In this document: piece by piece, positions 46,012-55,799 of the stretch
Numbering within the stretch: position 1 is the stretch's first letter
How the letters are laid out: every line of letters starts with the position of its first letter
Assembly: GCA_964482735.1 (NCBI GenBank)
Contig: CAYZYV010000003.1
Coordinates: 1-61,096 of the forward strand
Direction: 5' to 3'
Origin: an uncultured Candidatus Saccharibacteria bacterium
GTDB taxonomy: Bacteria > Patescibacteriota > Minisyncoccia > Phycocordibacterales > UBA9973
Length of the DNA: 61,096 bases
Made by a program: the position numbers and the translations under genes
The notes under the pieces: generated by a model
What the model was told of the DNA's origin: nothing
Seen by the model: the letters and a program-made list of their open reading frames with translations, nothing else
Database searches by the model: none

Positions 46012-46992
46012 ATGAATAAAATAAATTTTAAATTTTTGTCAAAACCAAAAATGGTCATTCCGGTCGCCGTAATTATAGGAATTATTGTTATAATAATTGG
46101 TTTTAATTATGTCGGTAAAGGGCCAAAGGTGAATATAGAAAATCAAGATGTAGTTCACCAAAAATTAACAGGTAATGTTGATCTCTCTTTTTCTAAGGGT
46201 GGTAAATTAGAATCTGTTCTTGTAAAAGCAGGTCAAGAAGTTAAAAAGGGTGAAGTCTTGGCAAAAATATCTGCCCCAGATGCTCTTGGTGTGATAAGTC
46301 AGACAAAAGGAGCTCTTGATCTAGCTGAGGCTCAATATGCCTCTCTTAATTCTCAGTATAAAACAGCAAAGAAACAGCAAGACTTATTAGTTTCAAATGC
46401 TTATAATACATTGCTTTCTGATGGACTTGAAGGTGTTCCAGATAAGCAAACATCGAATTATCCTATTATTTCTGGGTCATACACTTGTGGTAAAGAGGGC
46501 TATTACGAATTAGACCCTTACAAATCATCTGATAATGACTCTGGTTACTCTATTAATTTTTCTGGTTTAGAAAGTGGTATAACTTCTGTGAAATACGAAA
46601 CTCCAGTCCAATTAGGAAATTGTGGCTTACAAATCAAATGGGTGAAATCAGATTCTTACTTTGATGACCACATTAAATGGACAATAGAAATACCAAATAC
46701 GAGAAGTGCAAAATATCTTATAAATAAAAATGCCTATGATTTAGCTCGCGCTAATAGGGAAAAAACATTATCTGATTTAGCTTATAACATTGATAATGGG
46801 TCTGAAGAAACAAGCGTGGCAAAGGCTCAGGTTAATGCAGCAAGAGGGGCATATCAAGCAGCACTTGGCGCTTATGAAAACAATTTAATTATTGCACCAG
46901 GTGATGGAACTATTACTTCTGTTGATGAAAATCTAAAAGTTGGACAAGTCGTAACGGCTAATAAACCTGTTATAAGTATTACTCTAAAATAA
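46012..46992 (+). CDS. Membrane fusion protein (HlyD/EmrA-like) with an inserted domain
   Basis: One TM helix; DLSF..GG.LESVLVKAGQEVKKGEVLA and IIAP.DGTITSV lipoyl halves; Cys-containing insert. Confidence 0.8.
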   Translation: MNKINFKFLSKPKMVIPVAVIIGIIVIIIGFNYVGKGPKVNIENQDVVHQKLTGNVDLSFSKGGKLESVLVKAGQEVKKGEVLAKISAPDALGVISQTKGALDLAEAQYASLNSQYKTAKKQQDLLVSNAYNTLLSDGLEGVPDKQTSNYPIISGSYTCGKEGYYELDPYKSSDNDSGYSINFSGLESGITSVKYETPVQLGNCGLQIKWVKSDSYFDDHIKWTIEIPNTRSAKYLINKNAYDLARANREKTLSDLAYNIDNGSEETSVAKAQVNAARGAYQAALGAYENNLIIAPGDGTITSVDENLKVGQVVTANKPVISITLK

Positions 46993-46996
46993 ATAT

Positions 46997-47629
46997 ATGG
47001 AAGATAAAAAAGAAAGTATTTTTAAGAAACCTTGGGTTCAAAGCGTGACAGGAATTGCTGTAGTTATCGTCATTGTGGTTTTATCTCTGTTTTTAAAATC
47101 AACAACTTCTTCAGTTTCTATTGAAAACGGAAATATTTCCGCTCCAATAATATCTGTGAGCCCTACAAGTTTGGGTGTTTTAGATGAAGTTTATGTAAAA
47201 GTAGGAGATACAGTTGAACAAGGACAACCTCTTGCTCACGTAGGAGCAGAAGTTCTAATTTCTAAAGTAAATGGTTTGGTTATAGAAGTTAATAATAATC
47301 CTGGACAATTATTTTCTGCGACTCAACCTGTAGTAAAAATGATAAACCCAAATGAAATGAGATTGGTGGGTACAATCAAGGAGGACGCGGGTCTAACAAA
47401 AATTAATTTAGGAGATCCTGTTACTTTTACATTGGATGCTTATGGCGGTAAAAAATTTACTGGCTATGTTGAAGAAATTGGAGCTACTTCAAAGGACACT
47501 AGCGTTGTTTTTAGTATTTCTGATAAGAGAGTAGTAAAAGAATTCAATATAAAAATTAAATATGACAATACAGCTTATCCAGAATTTAAAAACGGGATGT
47601 CGGCAAAAATTAAAGTCTATATAAAATAA
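46997..47629 (+). CDS. Short membrane fusion protein (EmrA-like, no alpha-hairpin)
   Basis: V.VKVGDTVEQGQPLA joined directly to ISKVNG.V; beta-barrel GD.V.FTLDAY...F.G.V..I; GMSA.I.V. Confidence 0.8.
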   Translation: MEDKKESIFKKPWVQSVTGIAVVIVIVVLSLFLKSTTSSVSIENGNISAPIISVSPTSLGVLDEVYVKVGDTVEQGQPLAHVGAEVLISKVNGLVIEVNNNPGQLFSATQPVVKMINPNEMRLVGTIKEDAGLTKINLGDPVTFTLDAYGGKKFTGYVEEIGATSKDTSVVFSISDKRVVKEFNIKIKYDNTAYPEFKNGMSAKIKVYIK

Positions 47630-47630
47630 A

Positions 47631-49115
47631 ATGACACAAACCAAGCAGAAAAATCTGCGGTGGTGGGTTCTGATAACAGTAATCATTGGGACATTTCTAG
47701 GTTCTTTGGACCAGACTATTGTTAATCTCGCACTGCCAAAGATGATAGATGATTTCGGCGTTTCTGTTTCTACAGCCGGATGGATAGCAACAGCATATAT
47801 TCTTGCTAATGCGGTCTTTGTGCCTATTTGGGGTAAACTCGGAGATACTATAGGACGAAAAAAAGTTTATCTTTTAGGTTTTGTAATTTTTATAATAGGT
47901 TCAGTTCTAGCTGGTTTATCTTGGAATTTTAGTTCAATGATAGTTTTTAGAGTGATACAAGCTATTGCAGGATCTGCAGATTATCCTACTGCAATGGCAA
48001 TCATTACTGTTACCTTCAAAGAGGGGAAAGAGAGAGCTCAAGCTCTCGGTTTATGGTCAACGGCATTTGCTGCAGCTTCAGTATTAGGACCCCTTGTTGG
48101 AGGACCTTTAATAGATAGTTTTGGTTGGAGGTCAGTCTTTTTCATCAACCTGCCAGTTGGAATTCTTGGAACAATAATGGCTATAAAATTTATTGAAGAA
48201 TCAAAATCAGGAGTTAAGTCAAAAGGGTTTGACTGGTGGGGAGCAGTTACTCTAGGAGCTACTTTATCATCATTAATGCTAGTGCTAGAAAAAGGTTCTA
48301 GCTGGGGGTGGTTATCATTGGAAAGTTCTATTTGCTACTTGATAGTATTCATTTTCTTTATTTTATTTATTAAGATAGAGAAAAAAGCAAAAGAACCAAT
48401 TGTTGACCTGAGCTTTTTCAAAATACCAGCTTTTGTGAATACACTCTCAAATAATTTTATTGTGTTCATGGGAATGATGGGTTCTATGTTTTTAGTACCT
48501 GTCTTTGTACAAACATTTCTTGGTTACAATGCAACAAAAGCAGGTTACTTATTTATGCCGATGGCATTTACCATGGTTATTTCAGCCGCAATAGGAGGAA
48601 AATTTGCGGGAAAAATAAAAGCAAAATACGCGATATTCGTAAGTACAATGGTTGCTTCGGTTGGATTGTTTTTGCTTTCTTTTCTAGATCCAAGGTCAAG
48701 CGCTATTGAGGTGATAATTCCTCTATGTATTATGGCGTTGGGAATGGGAATAGGTATGCCTCAACGTACAAACATTATTGCCTCTGTTGTTAAGCCAACA
48801 GAGATAGGAATAGCCTCTTCTGTCTTGTCACTGGTCAGAAGTATCTCGGGTGCCTTTGGAATTGCTCTTTTTGGAACGATACTCAATAATGCGATAGAAA
48901 ATAATGTTTTAACCATAAATAGGTTTAGTAATTTTATGGGTAGTACTACAATTGATTTTCAAAAGTATGTTTCCTTAATAACATTAAAGGCTCAAATTAA
49001 TGCATACAGCCTAGTTTTCATTGTCTCCAGTCTAGTTGTATTTATAGGTTCATTCACGATATTGACGTTAAAACTAAAAAATGAAAAAACCGACGCAAAA
49101 ATAATGATTGAATAG
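47631..49115 (+). CDS. MFS DHA2 (EmrB/QacA) efflux transporter
   Basis: LDQTIVNLALP, GKLGDTIGRK, GPLVGG and WRSVFFINLPVG motifs; 14 TM segments. Confidence 0.93.
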   Translation: MTQTKQKNLRWWVLITVIIGTFLGSLDQTIVNLALPKMIDDFGVSVSTAGWIATAYILANAVFVPIWGKLGDTIGRKKVYLLGFVIFIIGSVLAGLSWNFSSMIVFRVIQAIAGSADYPTAMAIITVTFKEGKERAQALGLWSTAFAAASVLGPLVGGPLIDSFGWRSVFFINLPVGILGTIMAIKFIEESKSGVKSKGFDWWGAVTLGATLSSLMLVLEKGSSWGWLSLESSICYLIVFIFFILFIKIEKKAKEPIVDLSFFKIPAFVNTLSNNFIVFMGMMGSMFLVPVFVQTFLGYNATKAGYLFMPMAFTMVISAAIGGKFAGKIKAKYAIFVSTMVASVGLFLLSFLDPRSSAIEVIIPLCIMALGMGIGMPQRTNIIASVVKPTEIGIASSVLSLVRSISGAFGIALFGTILNNAIENNVLTINRFSNFMGSTTIDFQKYVSLITLKAQINAYSLVFIVSSLVVFIGSFTILTLKLKNEKTDAKIMIE

Positions 49116-49237
49116 AGTACTTGACATAAACATTAAATATGATATGATTAAGAACAATAAACAAAGAGACATTTTCTCTCTTTAAAATTTGAAATTTAAA
49201 ACCGGGGACAGGGGGTTAATTCTGAACAAATATTATT

Positions 49238-50497
49238 ATGACACTAGGCATTATTGTCATCGTTTTAACTGCTATCCTTTGGGTGGTAGATTACTTTTCA
49301 AAGAATTTTTCTGACGAAAAGAAAGAGATTGTCAAAAATCCATTTGTGTATGTCGGAGCTTTTTTATTTGGGTTTATTCTGATAACAAACCCATTTATTT
49401 ACAACAGTGCCGGAGAAAGGACGTATACCCAAGATCCTATTTTTGGATCAGAAAAAATTTCTTTTTCTCCTGGATTGCACTGGGGCGGTTTGTTTTGCAG
49501 AACTCAAAAATGGCCAGATGTTATGTCTACAGAGTTTGACTCAACAAACACTGTATCAATTCGGTTTAACGATGCAACTCAAGGTGAAGCCCAGGCTAAT
49601 GTTCGTTGGGAACTTCCTAATGATGAGGTGGCAATGATAAACCTTCATAAATCGTATTTGAAGCCACAGAATTTGCAAGAGAGAACTCTTGAACCGTATG
49701 CTCGTGAATGTCTTGCTTTTGCAGCCCAGCTGATGGAAAGTGAGGTTCACTACTCTGGAGGACAAAGTAAACTAAAGGAAGATTTTCGTGACCAATTATT
49801 AAATGGTCAGTATGTTTTATCTACCAATGTTTCGTTTATGTTTGATTCCGTAAGAAATGAAAGAATTAAAATTACTAATACGGACATCAGAAAAGACCAA
49901 AACGGACAACCCTTAAGAATTCCCTCAGATGTGCAGACTTATCGGGTAGAGACGGTTTTTGCAGCTGTTCCAAAAGTTGACTACGAACAAATAGTTGACG
50001 AAAAGCTCCAAGCAAAAATAGAGCAATCAACTAAAGAATCTATCGCAAAGCAAACTCTAATTACTGCACAGCAGGAGGCTTTAACAGCCAAGGCAAGGGC
50101 CACTCAAATGCTTGAGGAAACTCGTGCAAAAGAAGAGGCCGATAAATTAAAAGCAGTAATACAAGCTGAAAAAGAAAAGGCTGTTGCTCAACAAGAAGCA
50201 TTGAAAGCTAAGTTTGTGGCAGACAAGGTGGAACAAGAAGGACGAGCTAAAGCGGTGGCAAATCAGGCATTACGTGCAGCAGGTCTTACTCCTCAAGAAC
50301 AGGCGGAGTGGGATTACAAAAAACACGTAGATGGGATCAGGGCTCTTGCCGAAGGTATAGGCAAGACTACTTGGCCTAGTATCATGACTTTTGGTGGGGG
50401 ACAAGGTAACCCTACTAACCCCATAGAAGCGTTGGGGATCAAATCTCTACTGGATATTACTAACCAAATTAAGTACAAAAATGGTAATGAAAAGTAG
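49238..50497 (+). CDS. SPFH/Band 7 (prohibitin-like) membrane protein
   Basis: Two N-terminal TM segments, SPFH-like core, long A/E/Q/K coiled coil; own promoter (TTGACA 49121) and terminator (about 50515-50552). Confidence 0.75.
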   Translation: MTLGIIVIVLTAILWVVDYFSKNFSDEKKEIVKNPFVYVGAFLFGFILITNPFIYNSAGERTYTQDPIFGSEKISFSPGLHWGGLFCRTQKWPDVMSTEFDSTNTVSIRFNDATQGEAQANVRWELPNDEVAMINLHKSYLKPQNLQERTLEPYARECLAFAAQLMESEVHYSGGQSKLKEDFRDQLLNGQYVLSTNVSFMFDSVRNERIKITNTDIRKDQNGQPLRIPSDVQTYRVETVFAAVPKVDYEQIVDEKLQAKIEQSTKESIAKQTLITAQQEALTAKARATQMLEETRAKEEADKLKAVIQAEKEKAVAQQEALKAKFVADKVEQEGRAKAVANQALRAAGLTPQEQAEWDYKKHVDGIRALAEGIGKTTWPSIMTFGGGQGNPTNPIEALGIKSLLDITNQIKYKNGNEK

Positions 50498-50637
50498 AAT
50501 GTAGTGTAAAATTGCAAAAGAGGTGTGGAAAATTTTTCTGCACCTTTTTTTGTTAGCTTATGTTATACTAAAAAACGACTGAATAATTTATTATATTTTT
50601 CTTTTTAAACCGTCTGTATTTAGTGTATAATTTATGT

Positions 50638-51180
50638 ATGGAGGGATTAAATACACAAAACAGATTAGCTGAAAAGGAAGGCAAGAAAAATACCCATCAA
50701 GAAATAAAAGACGATTTGCTGTCAGAGAGTATTTCTTTTGCAAGTTTTAGAGATAAGCTGATAGAGCTTGATCAATCTGATTCTTCTAGAACTAAATCAA
50801 TCGACAACCTGGAATTGTTAAAAGATGAAGATGTGACTAATTTTATTTTTTCTAAAAATGATCTTGAGTTAGAAAAAAAATATAAAAATTTATTAAGTTT
50901 TACAGAATTTCATGTTGGACAAATAAAATTATCTAGTAAGGATGAAGATGGGGTAGCTCATATTAAAGAAGCTTTAAATCTAGCTGAGGAGTCAGAAGCA
51001 GATAATCGCTGGATTAATTACTTAAAGGGCACATATCTTTATTTGAACAATCAAGAAATACCGGAAGATATTTTAGATGGTGCAAAGGATATGGGGAATA
51101 ATTCTAGAATTTTAGAATCATTTAATAAGGGATTAAAAGAAAGAGGATACCCCGATTACCTAGTAGATTATAAGTTCTAA
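50638..51180 (+). CDS. Hypothetical helical protein
   Basis: ORF with a TPR-like helix pair; ATG 50638 preferred. Confidence 0.55.
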   Translation: MEGLNTQNRLAEKEGKKNTHQEIKDDLLSESISFASFRDKLIELDQSDSSRTKSIDNLELLKDEDVTNFIFSKNDLELEKKYKNLLSFTEFHVGQIKLSSKDEDGVAHIKEALNLAEESEADNRWINYLKGTYLYLNNQEIPEDILDGAKDMGNNSRILESFNKGLKERGYPDYLVDYKF

Positions 51181-51196
51181 TTCTTGAAATGAATAA

Positions 51197-51946
51197 ATGG
51201 AAACAAAAAATCATCAACTAAATAAATCAACCGGGTCATCAAATCTCTTTTTAATACTTACAAGTCTGGTTTTTGCGTTGCTGGTTGTTGGTAATTTATA
51301 CAGTTGGTTAAAAAACATAGAATATAGAAATCAGATAAATATTTTAGAAAAAAAGTTGGAGGATTTAAGTAAGTCAGGAGGCGGAAAAGAAGAAGAAAGA
51401 AAGAAAAAAGACGAACATTCAAGAAGAGAAAAACTTTCAGGGGAATATAGATGGACAGATTTATCTTTACAAAATCAGTATGAAGATGTTTTATGGAATA
51501 AAATTGTTAGTGGTAACACAGAGGGGCTTTCTCCTAAGATCCCTGTGACAGAAAAGGAGGAAACGATAGAAGACTCTGTCCAGGCTCTTAAAAAATCAGG
51601 ATGTCGCTTTATTTTTTCTGGAAGCTGGTTAGAGACGTCAGATGGAACGAGAATAGATACTAAAGAAAAATTAATTGCTACTTTTGGACCGATTGAAAAT
51701 GAAGTAGAAGCTATTTCTTTTCTAGGTCTTACTGAGAGATCATTAATAAGTGAAAATGAAATACTGATAGGATTGAGTTTGAGTGTAGATGATGGTTTTT
51801 TGATCCAAGTTAAAAAATCTCATGATTGTGGTTGTGGGGATCCTAGAGATAGAGGAGTTATTTATAAAGTTACAAAAAATGGCGAAATAACTTTAGTTGC
51901 AGGAGAAATTTTACCCCCAGCGGATGTTTGGGTTTGTATTGATTAA
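51197..51946 (+). CDS. Hypothetical membrane-anchored protein
   Basis: One TM helix, coiled coil, C-terminal HDCGCG...VCID. Confidence 0.6.
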   Translation: METKNHQLNKSTGSSNLFLILTSLVFALLVVGNLYSWLKNIEYRNQINILEKKLEDLSKSGGGKEEERKKKDEHSRREKLSGEYRWTDLSLQNQYEDVLWNKIVSGNTEGLSPKIPVTEKEETIEDSVQALKKSGCRFIFSGSWLETSDGTRIDTKEKLIATFGPIENEVEAISFLGLTERSLISENEILIGLSLSVDDGFLIQVKKSHDCGCGDPRDRGVIYKVTKNGEITLVAGEILPPADVWVCID

Positions 51947-52000
51947 AACATGGAGAAATTTAAAAGATTGATATAATAAGAGAAGATAAAAATAAAAAAT

Positions 52001-52462
52001 ATGAAAACTAGAAAAGCAACAGAAAAAGATTTAAATAAATTAGTGTTTTTATCAAAAAAAATGACAGAATTTCACTCTGATATTGATCCCTATTATAACA
52101 TTTATACTAAATATGAAAACGAGGAAGAGTTTTTTACTGACCAGTTAAAGAAAAAGAACTTTTTATATATAGTGACTGAAAATGAAAAAAGAGAAATTGT
52201 GGCTTTTGCTTCAGCAAAAATTATTTCTATTCCAAAAACACGAGCACCTAAAATAGGGGTTTTGATAGAAAATTTTGTTTTAAAAGAATATAGAGGTAAG
52301 GGGATAGGATTGGCCCATTTAAATTATAGAATGGATTGGTTCAAGAAAAATAAAGTAAAGTATGTAGAAATGACAGTAGATGCTAGGAATAAAAAAGCCC
52401 TCTCTCTTTGGAAAAAACAAGGGTTCGAAAACTATCAAATTAAATTAAAGAAAAATCTTTAA
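52001..52462 (+). CDS. GNAT family N-acetyltransferase
   Basis: V.KEYRGKGIG motif A; N.KA..LW.K.GF. Confidence 0.9.
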   Translation: MKTRKATEKDLNKLVFLSKKMTEFHSDIDPYYNIYTKYENEEEFFTDQLKKKNFLYIVTENEKREIVAFASAKIISIPKTRAPKIGVLIENFVLKEYRGKGIGLAHLNYRMDWFKKNKVKYVEMTVDARNKKALSLWKKQGFENYQIKLKKNL

Positions 52463-52482
52463 AAAGTTTTTATAATATCTAA

Positions 52483-53247
52483 ATGCAAAAAGTTGTTGTT
52501 TTAAATAAAAAAGAGGGAGAGACTCCGCTCCAAGCACTGGAGTCTTTTCGTCGAAAACATAAAGAGTATAAAGATTTGAAAATGACTTATGCGGGCAGAC
52601 TTGATCCTATGGCTTCAGGTCTTTTGATAATTTTAGTAGGCGAAGAGACTAAAAATAAAGAAAAATATTTAAGACTAAACAAAGAATACAACTTCGAAAT
52701 TCTTTTTGGTTTTGCGACAGATACATACGATATCTTAGGGAGGGTGACAAAATCAAGAAATGTGATTGTTAAAAAAGAAATTTTAGAAAAAATAATTAAA
52801 AATGAATTGAAAAATTTCAAAGGTAAATTTGTTCAACAATACCCAATTTACTCTTCGAAAACAGTAGGTGGTAAACAACTTTTCAAATACGCTAGGGATG
52901 AAGAGGAGGTAGATATTCCTAGTAGGGATGTGGAAGTGAAAAGCTTAAAATTAAACAGCGTAAGAAAAGTAAAAGGAGAAAAAATTAGGCAAAACATAAT
53001 TAAACGGATTGGTAAGGTTAAGGGAGATTTTAGACAGAAAGATATTTTAAAAATATGGAGTAAGAAAGTAACAGATGAAAATTACTTTTTTATTGCTAGT
53101 TTAACTATCAGATGTAGCACAGGCACTTATGTCAGGGGGATAGTAAATTCTATTGGAGAAAACATAGGGATTCCAACACTCGCTTGGTCTATAAAAAGGA
53201 CAAAAGTGGGGAATTATAAGATAAAAAATAAAGATATATTTTTATAA
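52483..53247 (+). CDS. truB: tRNA pseudouridine(55) synthase TruB family
   Basis: LNKKEGETP, YAGRLDPMASG, TDTYDILG and CSTGTYVR motifs. Confidence 0.85.
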   Translation: MQKVVVLNKKEGETPLQALESFRRKHKEYKDLKMTYAGRLDPMASGLLIILVGEETKNKEKYLRLNKEYNFEILFGFATDTYDILGRVTKSRNVIVKKEILEKIIKNELKNFKGKFVQQYPIYSSKTVGGKQLFKYARDEEEVDIPSRDVEVKSLKLNSVRKVKGEKIRQNIIKRIGKVKGDFRQKDILKIWSKKVTDENYFFIASLTIRCSTGTYVRGIVNSIGENIGIPTLAWSIKRTKVGNYKIKNKDIFL

Positions 53248-53374
53248 TACTATTGACTATTATAGTAATTTGTGATACAATGTAATTAGAAGTGATTCTT
53301 TGAAATTGGATTTAATTAGCTTTTAGAGCTGATTATTTTTGTCTGTTCTAAAAACTAATTAAATCTTTTAAATC

Positions 53375-54004
53375 ATGAAAAATTTATTTTTTTGTTGTAT
53401 GATTGCCTTTTTTATGCCAATATCTGTATTTGGACAGGAAGTGCCACAAATTCCCGGGGTTAAAGACTCTGTGGATAATTTTAAATTATCAAGCGTCGAA
53501 ATTTCATCCGGAAAGGGTGCTGTAACTTCAGGACTGTACCTGTTTGCTAACTTGGAAAGCGAGAAAGCTTTTCTAACCTTCACGCTGAGTGAAAGTGATC
53601 TAGAGATTACATATCTCTACAGATTGTTCAAAGATAAGTTATTGGTAGGTCCAAACTTTGGCTATTTCTTTAACGCAGCCTATGGAGGTGTGCAGACCAT
53701 TTTCTGTCCTAGCAAATATATAGAGACCTTTCATTGGGTTGGATGGTCAATAGGAAAACCTGATCAAAAAATAGTTTTAAAACAATCAGGGTTTCTATTT
53801 GCTATAAATTCTGTGAGTTTAAAATTTTGGAGGCTTAAGGCAACATATTGCCTTATTAACTACCAAAAAAACGCACCGCAACATACCGCGACGTTGCAGT
53901 ACACCCAAAAAATAAACGACAAATTTAATATTTACACTAACGTAGGATATGATTTCTTAAATGAAAACCAACTCTTGCAGTTGGGGATGAAATATAAATT
54001 ATAG
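53375..54004 (+). CDS. Secreted beta-strand-rich hypothetical protein
   Basis: Signal peptide, alternating hydrophobic strands, C-terminal LLQLGMKYKL; own promoter (TTGACT 53253 / TACAAT 53276) and terminator (54021-54053). Confidence 0.65.
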   Translation: MKNLFFCCMIAFFMPISVFGQEVPQIPGVKDSVDNFKLSSVEISSGKGAVTSGLYLFANLESEKAFLTFTLSESDLEITYLYRLFKDKLLVGPNFGYFFNAAYGGVQTIFCPSKYIETFHWVGWSIGKPDQKIVLKQSGFLFAINSVSLKFWRLKATYCLINYQKNAPQHTATLQYTQKINDKFNIYTNVGYDFLNENQLLQLGMKYKL

Positions 54005-54102
54005 AGTTATAAAAAACTAAAAAGAGGCTTCTGGTCAGAAGCCTCTTTTTTTTTTAACCAAAATCAGTTTTTATTAACAAATAAATTAAAATAATCTCTA
54101 TA

Positions 54103-54228
54103 CTAAGGTATAGAGATTATGGGATTGAAATTTTCGACTACGTAAGTAGTGATCCAGCAAATGGCAATTAAAACAACTACCAAAAACATTGCGATACATA
54201 GTATCTCGGACACTTCTTTCTTCTTCAT
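54103..54228 (-). CDS. Possible 41-aa single-TM small protein
   Basis: MKKKEVSEILCIAMFLVVVLIAICWITTYVVENFNPIISIP*; the stop lies in a 13-bp-arm hairpin (54091-54120). Confidence 0.35.
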   Translation of the reverse strand: MKKKEVSEILCIAMFLVVVLIAICWITTYVVENFNPIISIP

Positions 54229-54340
54229 GTCTATATAGTTTAAAAATGATTTCTTAATAAATACATTACTCTTTTTATCTATTTTGGCAAACCTTTAATT
54301 TCTTTGTACTTTTTGTGAGATAGATGTTATAATTAACATT

Positions 54341-55027
54341 ATGGAAAACATTAAAAACAACAAATTTTTATTTATTAGTGGTGCTATAGTAGTATTCTCA
54401 ATATTGCTTTCCGCATCTTTCTTTTTAGCAGCCAAAAACTTTTCTAAGCAAGGTGCTTATATAGAAGTAAAAGGATTGTCTGAAAGAATAGTAAAAGCAG
54501 ATACTGCTATTTGGTCAATGAGTTTTGAAGTAAAGTCGAACAATGTTGATACTTTGTATTCTGATATAGAAAAGAATATATCAACCATTAAAGCTTTCTT
54601 GACAGAAAAGGGCTTTGAAGCTTCTGAAATAAATGTTGCCCCTGTAAACATCTATCAAGATACATACAAGGATGCTGCATTTAGATACAATTCAAACAAC
54701 CAAGTTTCTGTTTATACCAAAAAAGTTGATCTAGCCAAGGCAACTTCAAACGAAACATTATTATTAGTTCAAAAGGGAGTTGTTTTGAATCAGAATTATA
54801 TCTCATTTGAATTTTCAGACATAAATAGCATTAAACCTGAGATGCTTGCAGATGCAATAAAAAATGCAAAAGACACAGCTTCACAATTTGCTCAAAATTC
54901 TGGTTCTGTAGTTGGAAGCGTTGCTCGAGGTAATCAAGGAGTATTTGATATAACAGATAAAGATCCAGGATCTCCTGAATACAAAAAAATAAGATTAGTT
55001 TCAACCCTAAGATTCTTGTTACAATAA
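54341..55027 (+). CDS. SIMPL (DUF541) domain protein
   Basis: IEVKGLSERIVKAD.A.W, IKPEMLADAIKNA...A.QFA..SG..VG motifs. Confidence 0.9.
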   Translation: MENIKNNKFLFISGAIVVFSILLSASFFLAAKNFSKQGAYIEVKGLSERIVKADTAIWSMSFEVKSNNVDTLYSDIEKNISTIKAFLTEKGFEASEINVAPVNIYQDTYKDAAFRYNSNNQVSVYTKKVDLAKATSNETLLLVQKGVVLNQNYISFEFSDINSIKPEMLADAIKNAKDTASQFAQNSGSVVGSVARGNQGVFDITDKDPGSPEYKKIRLVSTLRFLLQ

Positions 55028-55098
55028 AAATTTTTAAAACAGCGGCCATTCGGCCGCTGTTTTAAAAATTACCAATTTTATTATGATATAATTGTTTT

Positions 55099-55785
55099 AT
55101 GTCACATCAAGGAAATGTTTGGGAAAGGGAATATCGGAATCCGAAGCTTGTTACAAAGGATGATAAACCACAAGCAGATGTTTTGCGTTTTTTGAAATTT
55201 CTCAAAAAAGTCGAAAAGTATCAAGTTGAAGATAAAAACATTCTCGATCTTGGTTGTGGTACAGGAAGGAATTCAAATTATTTAGCAAAAGAAGGATGTA
55301 GTGTTATTGGAATAGATATATCCAAGACGGCTTTATTAATTGCAAAAGAGCGAGCAGAAGAGCTTGGCTTGAGGGTTGATTATCGTCTAGGTGATATAGG
55401 AGAAAATTATGATATTAAAGACGAATCGATAGATATGATTCTTGATGTTACAGCTTCAAATTCTTTAGATGAGAAAGGGCGTGAAAATTATTTAAGAGAA
55501 ATGAGTAGAGTTTTAAGAAAAGGAGGATTTGTTTTTGTAAGGGCCCTTTGTAAAGATGGAGATGATAATGCCAAAAAACTTTTAAAAGAAAATCCTGGGG
55601 AAGAATATGATACGTATAAAATAAAAGAAATGGGGTTGACGGAAAGGGTTTTTTCTAGGGCTGATTTTACAGCTACCTATGGTAAATATTTTGAAATATT
55701 AAAGCTAGAAAAGATAACTCATTACTCAGCTTTTAACAATAGGGTATACAAAAGAAACTATTGGTTAGCTTACCTAAAAAAATGA
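55099..55785 (+). CDS. Class I SAM-dependent methyltransferase
   Basis: ILDLGCGTGRN and IGIDIS motifs. Confidence 0.9.
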   Translation: MSHQGNVWEREYRNPKLVTKDDKPQADVLRFLKFLKKVEKYQVEDKNILDLGCGTGRNSNYLAKEGCSVIGIDISKTALLIAKERAEELGLRVDYRLGDIGENYDIKDESIDMILDVTASNSLDEKGRENYLREMSRVLRKGGFVFVRALCKDGDDNAKKLLKENPGEEYDTYKIKEMGLTERVFSRADFTATYGKYFEILKLEKITHYSAFNNRVYKRNYWLAYLKK

Positions 55786-55799
55786 TATAATCTAAATAT

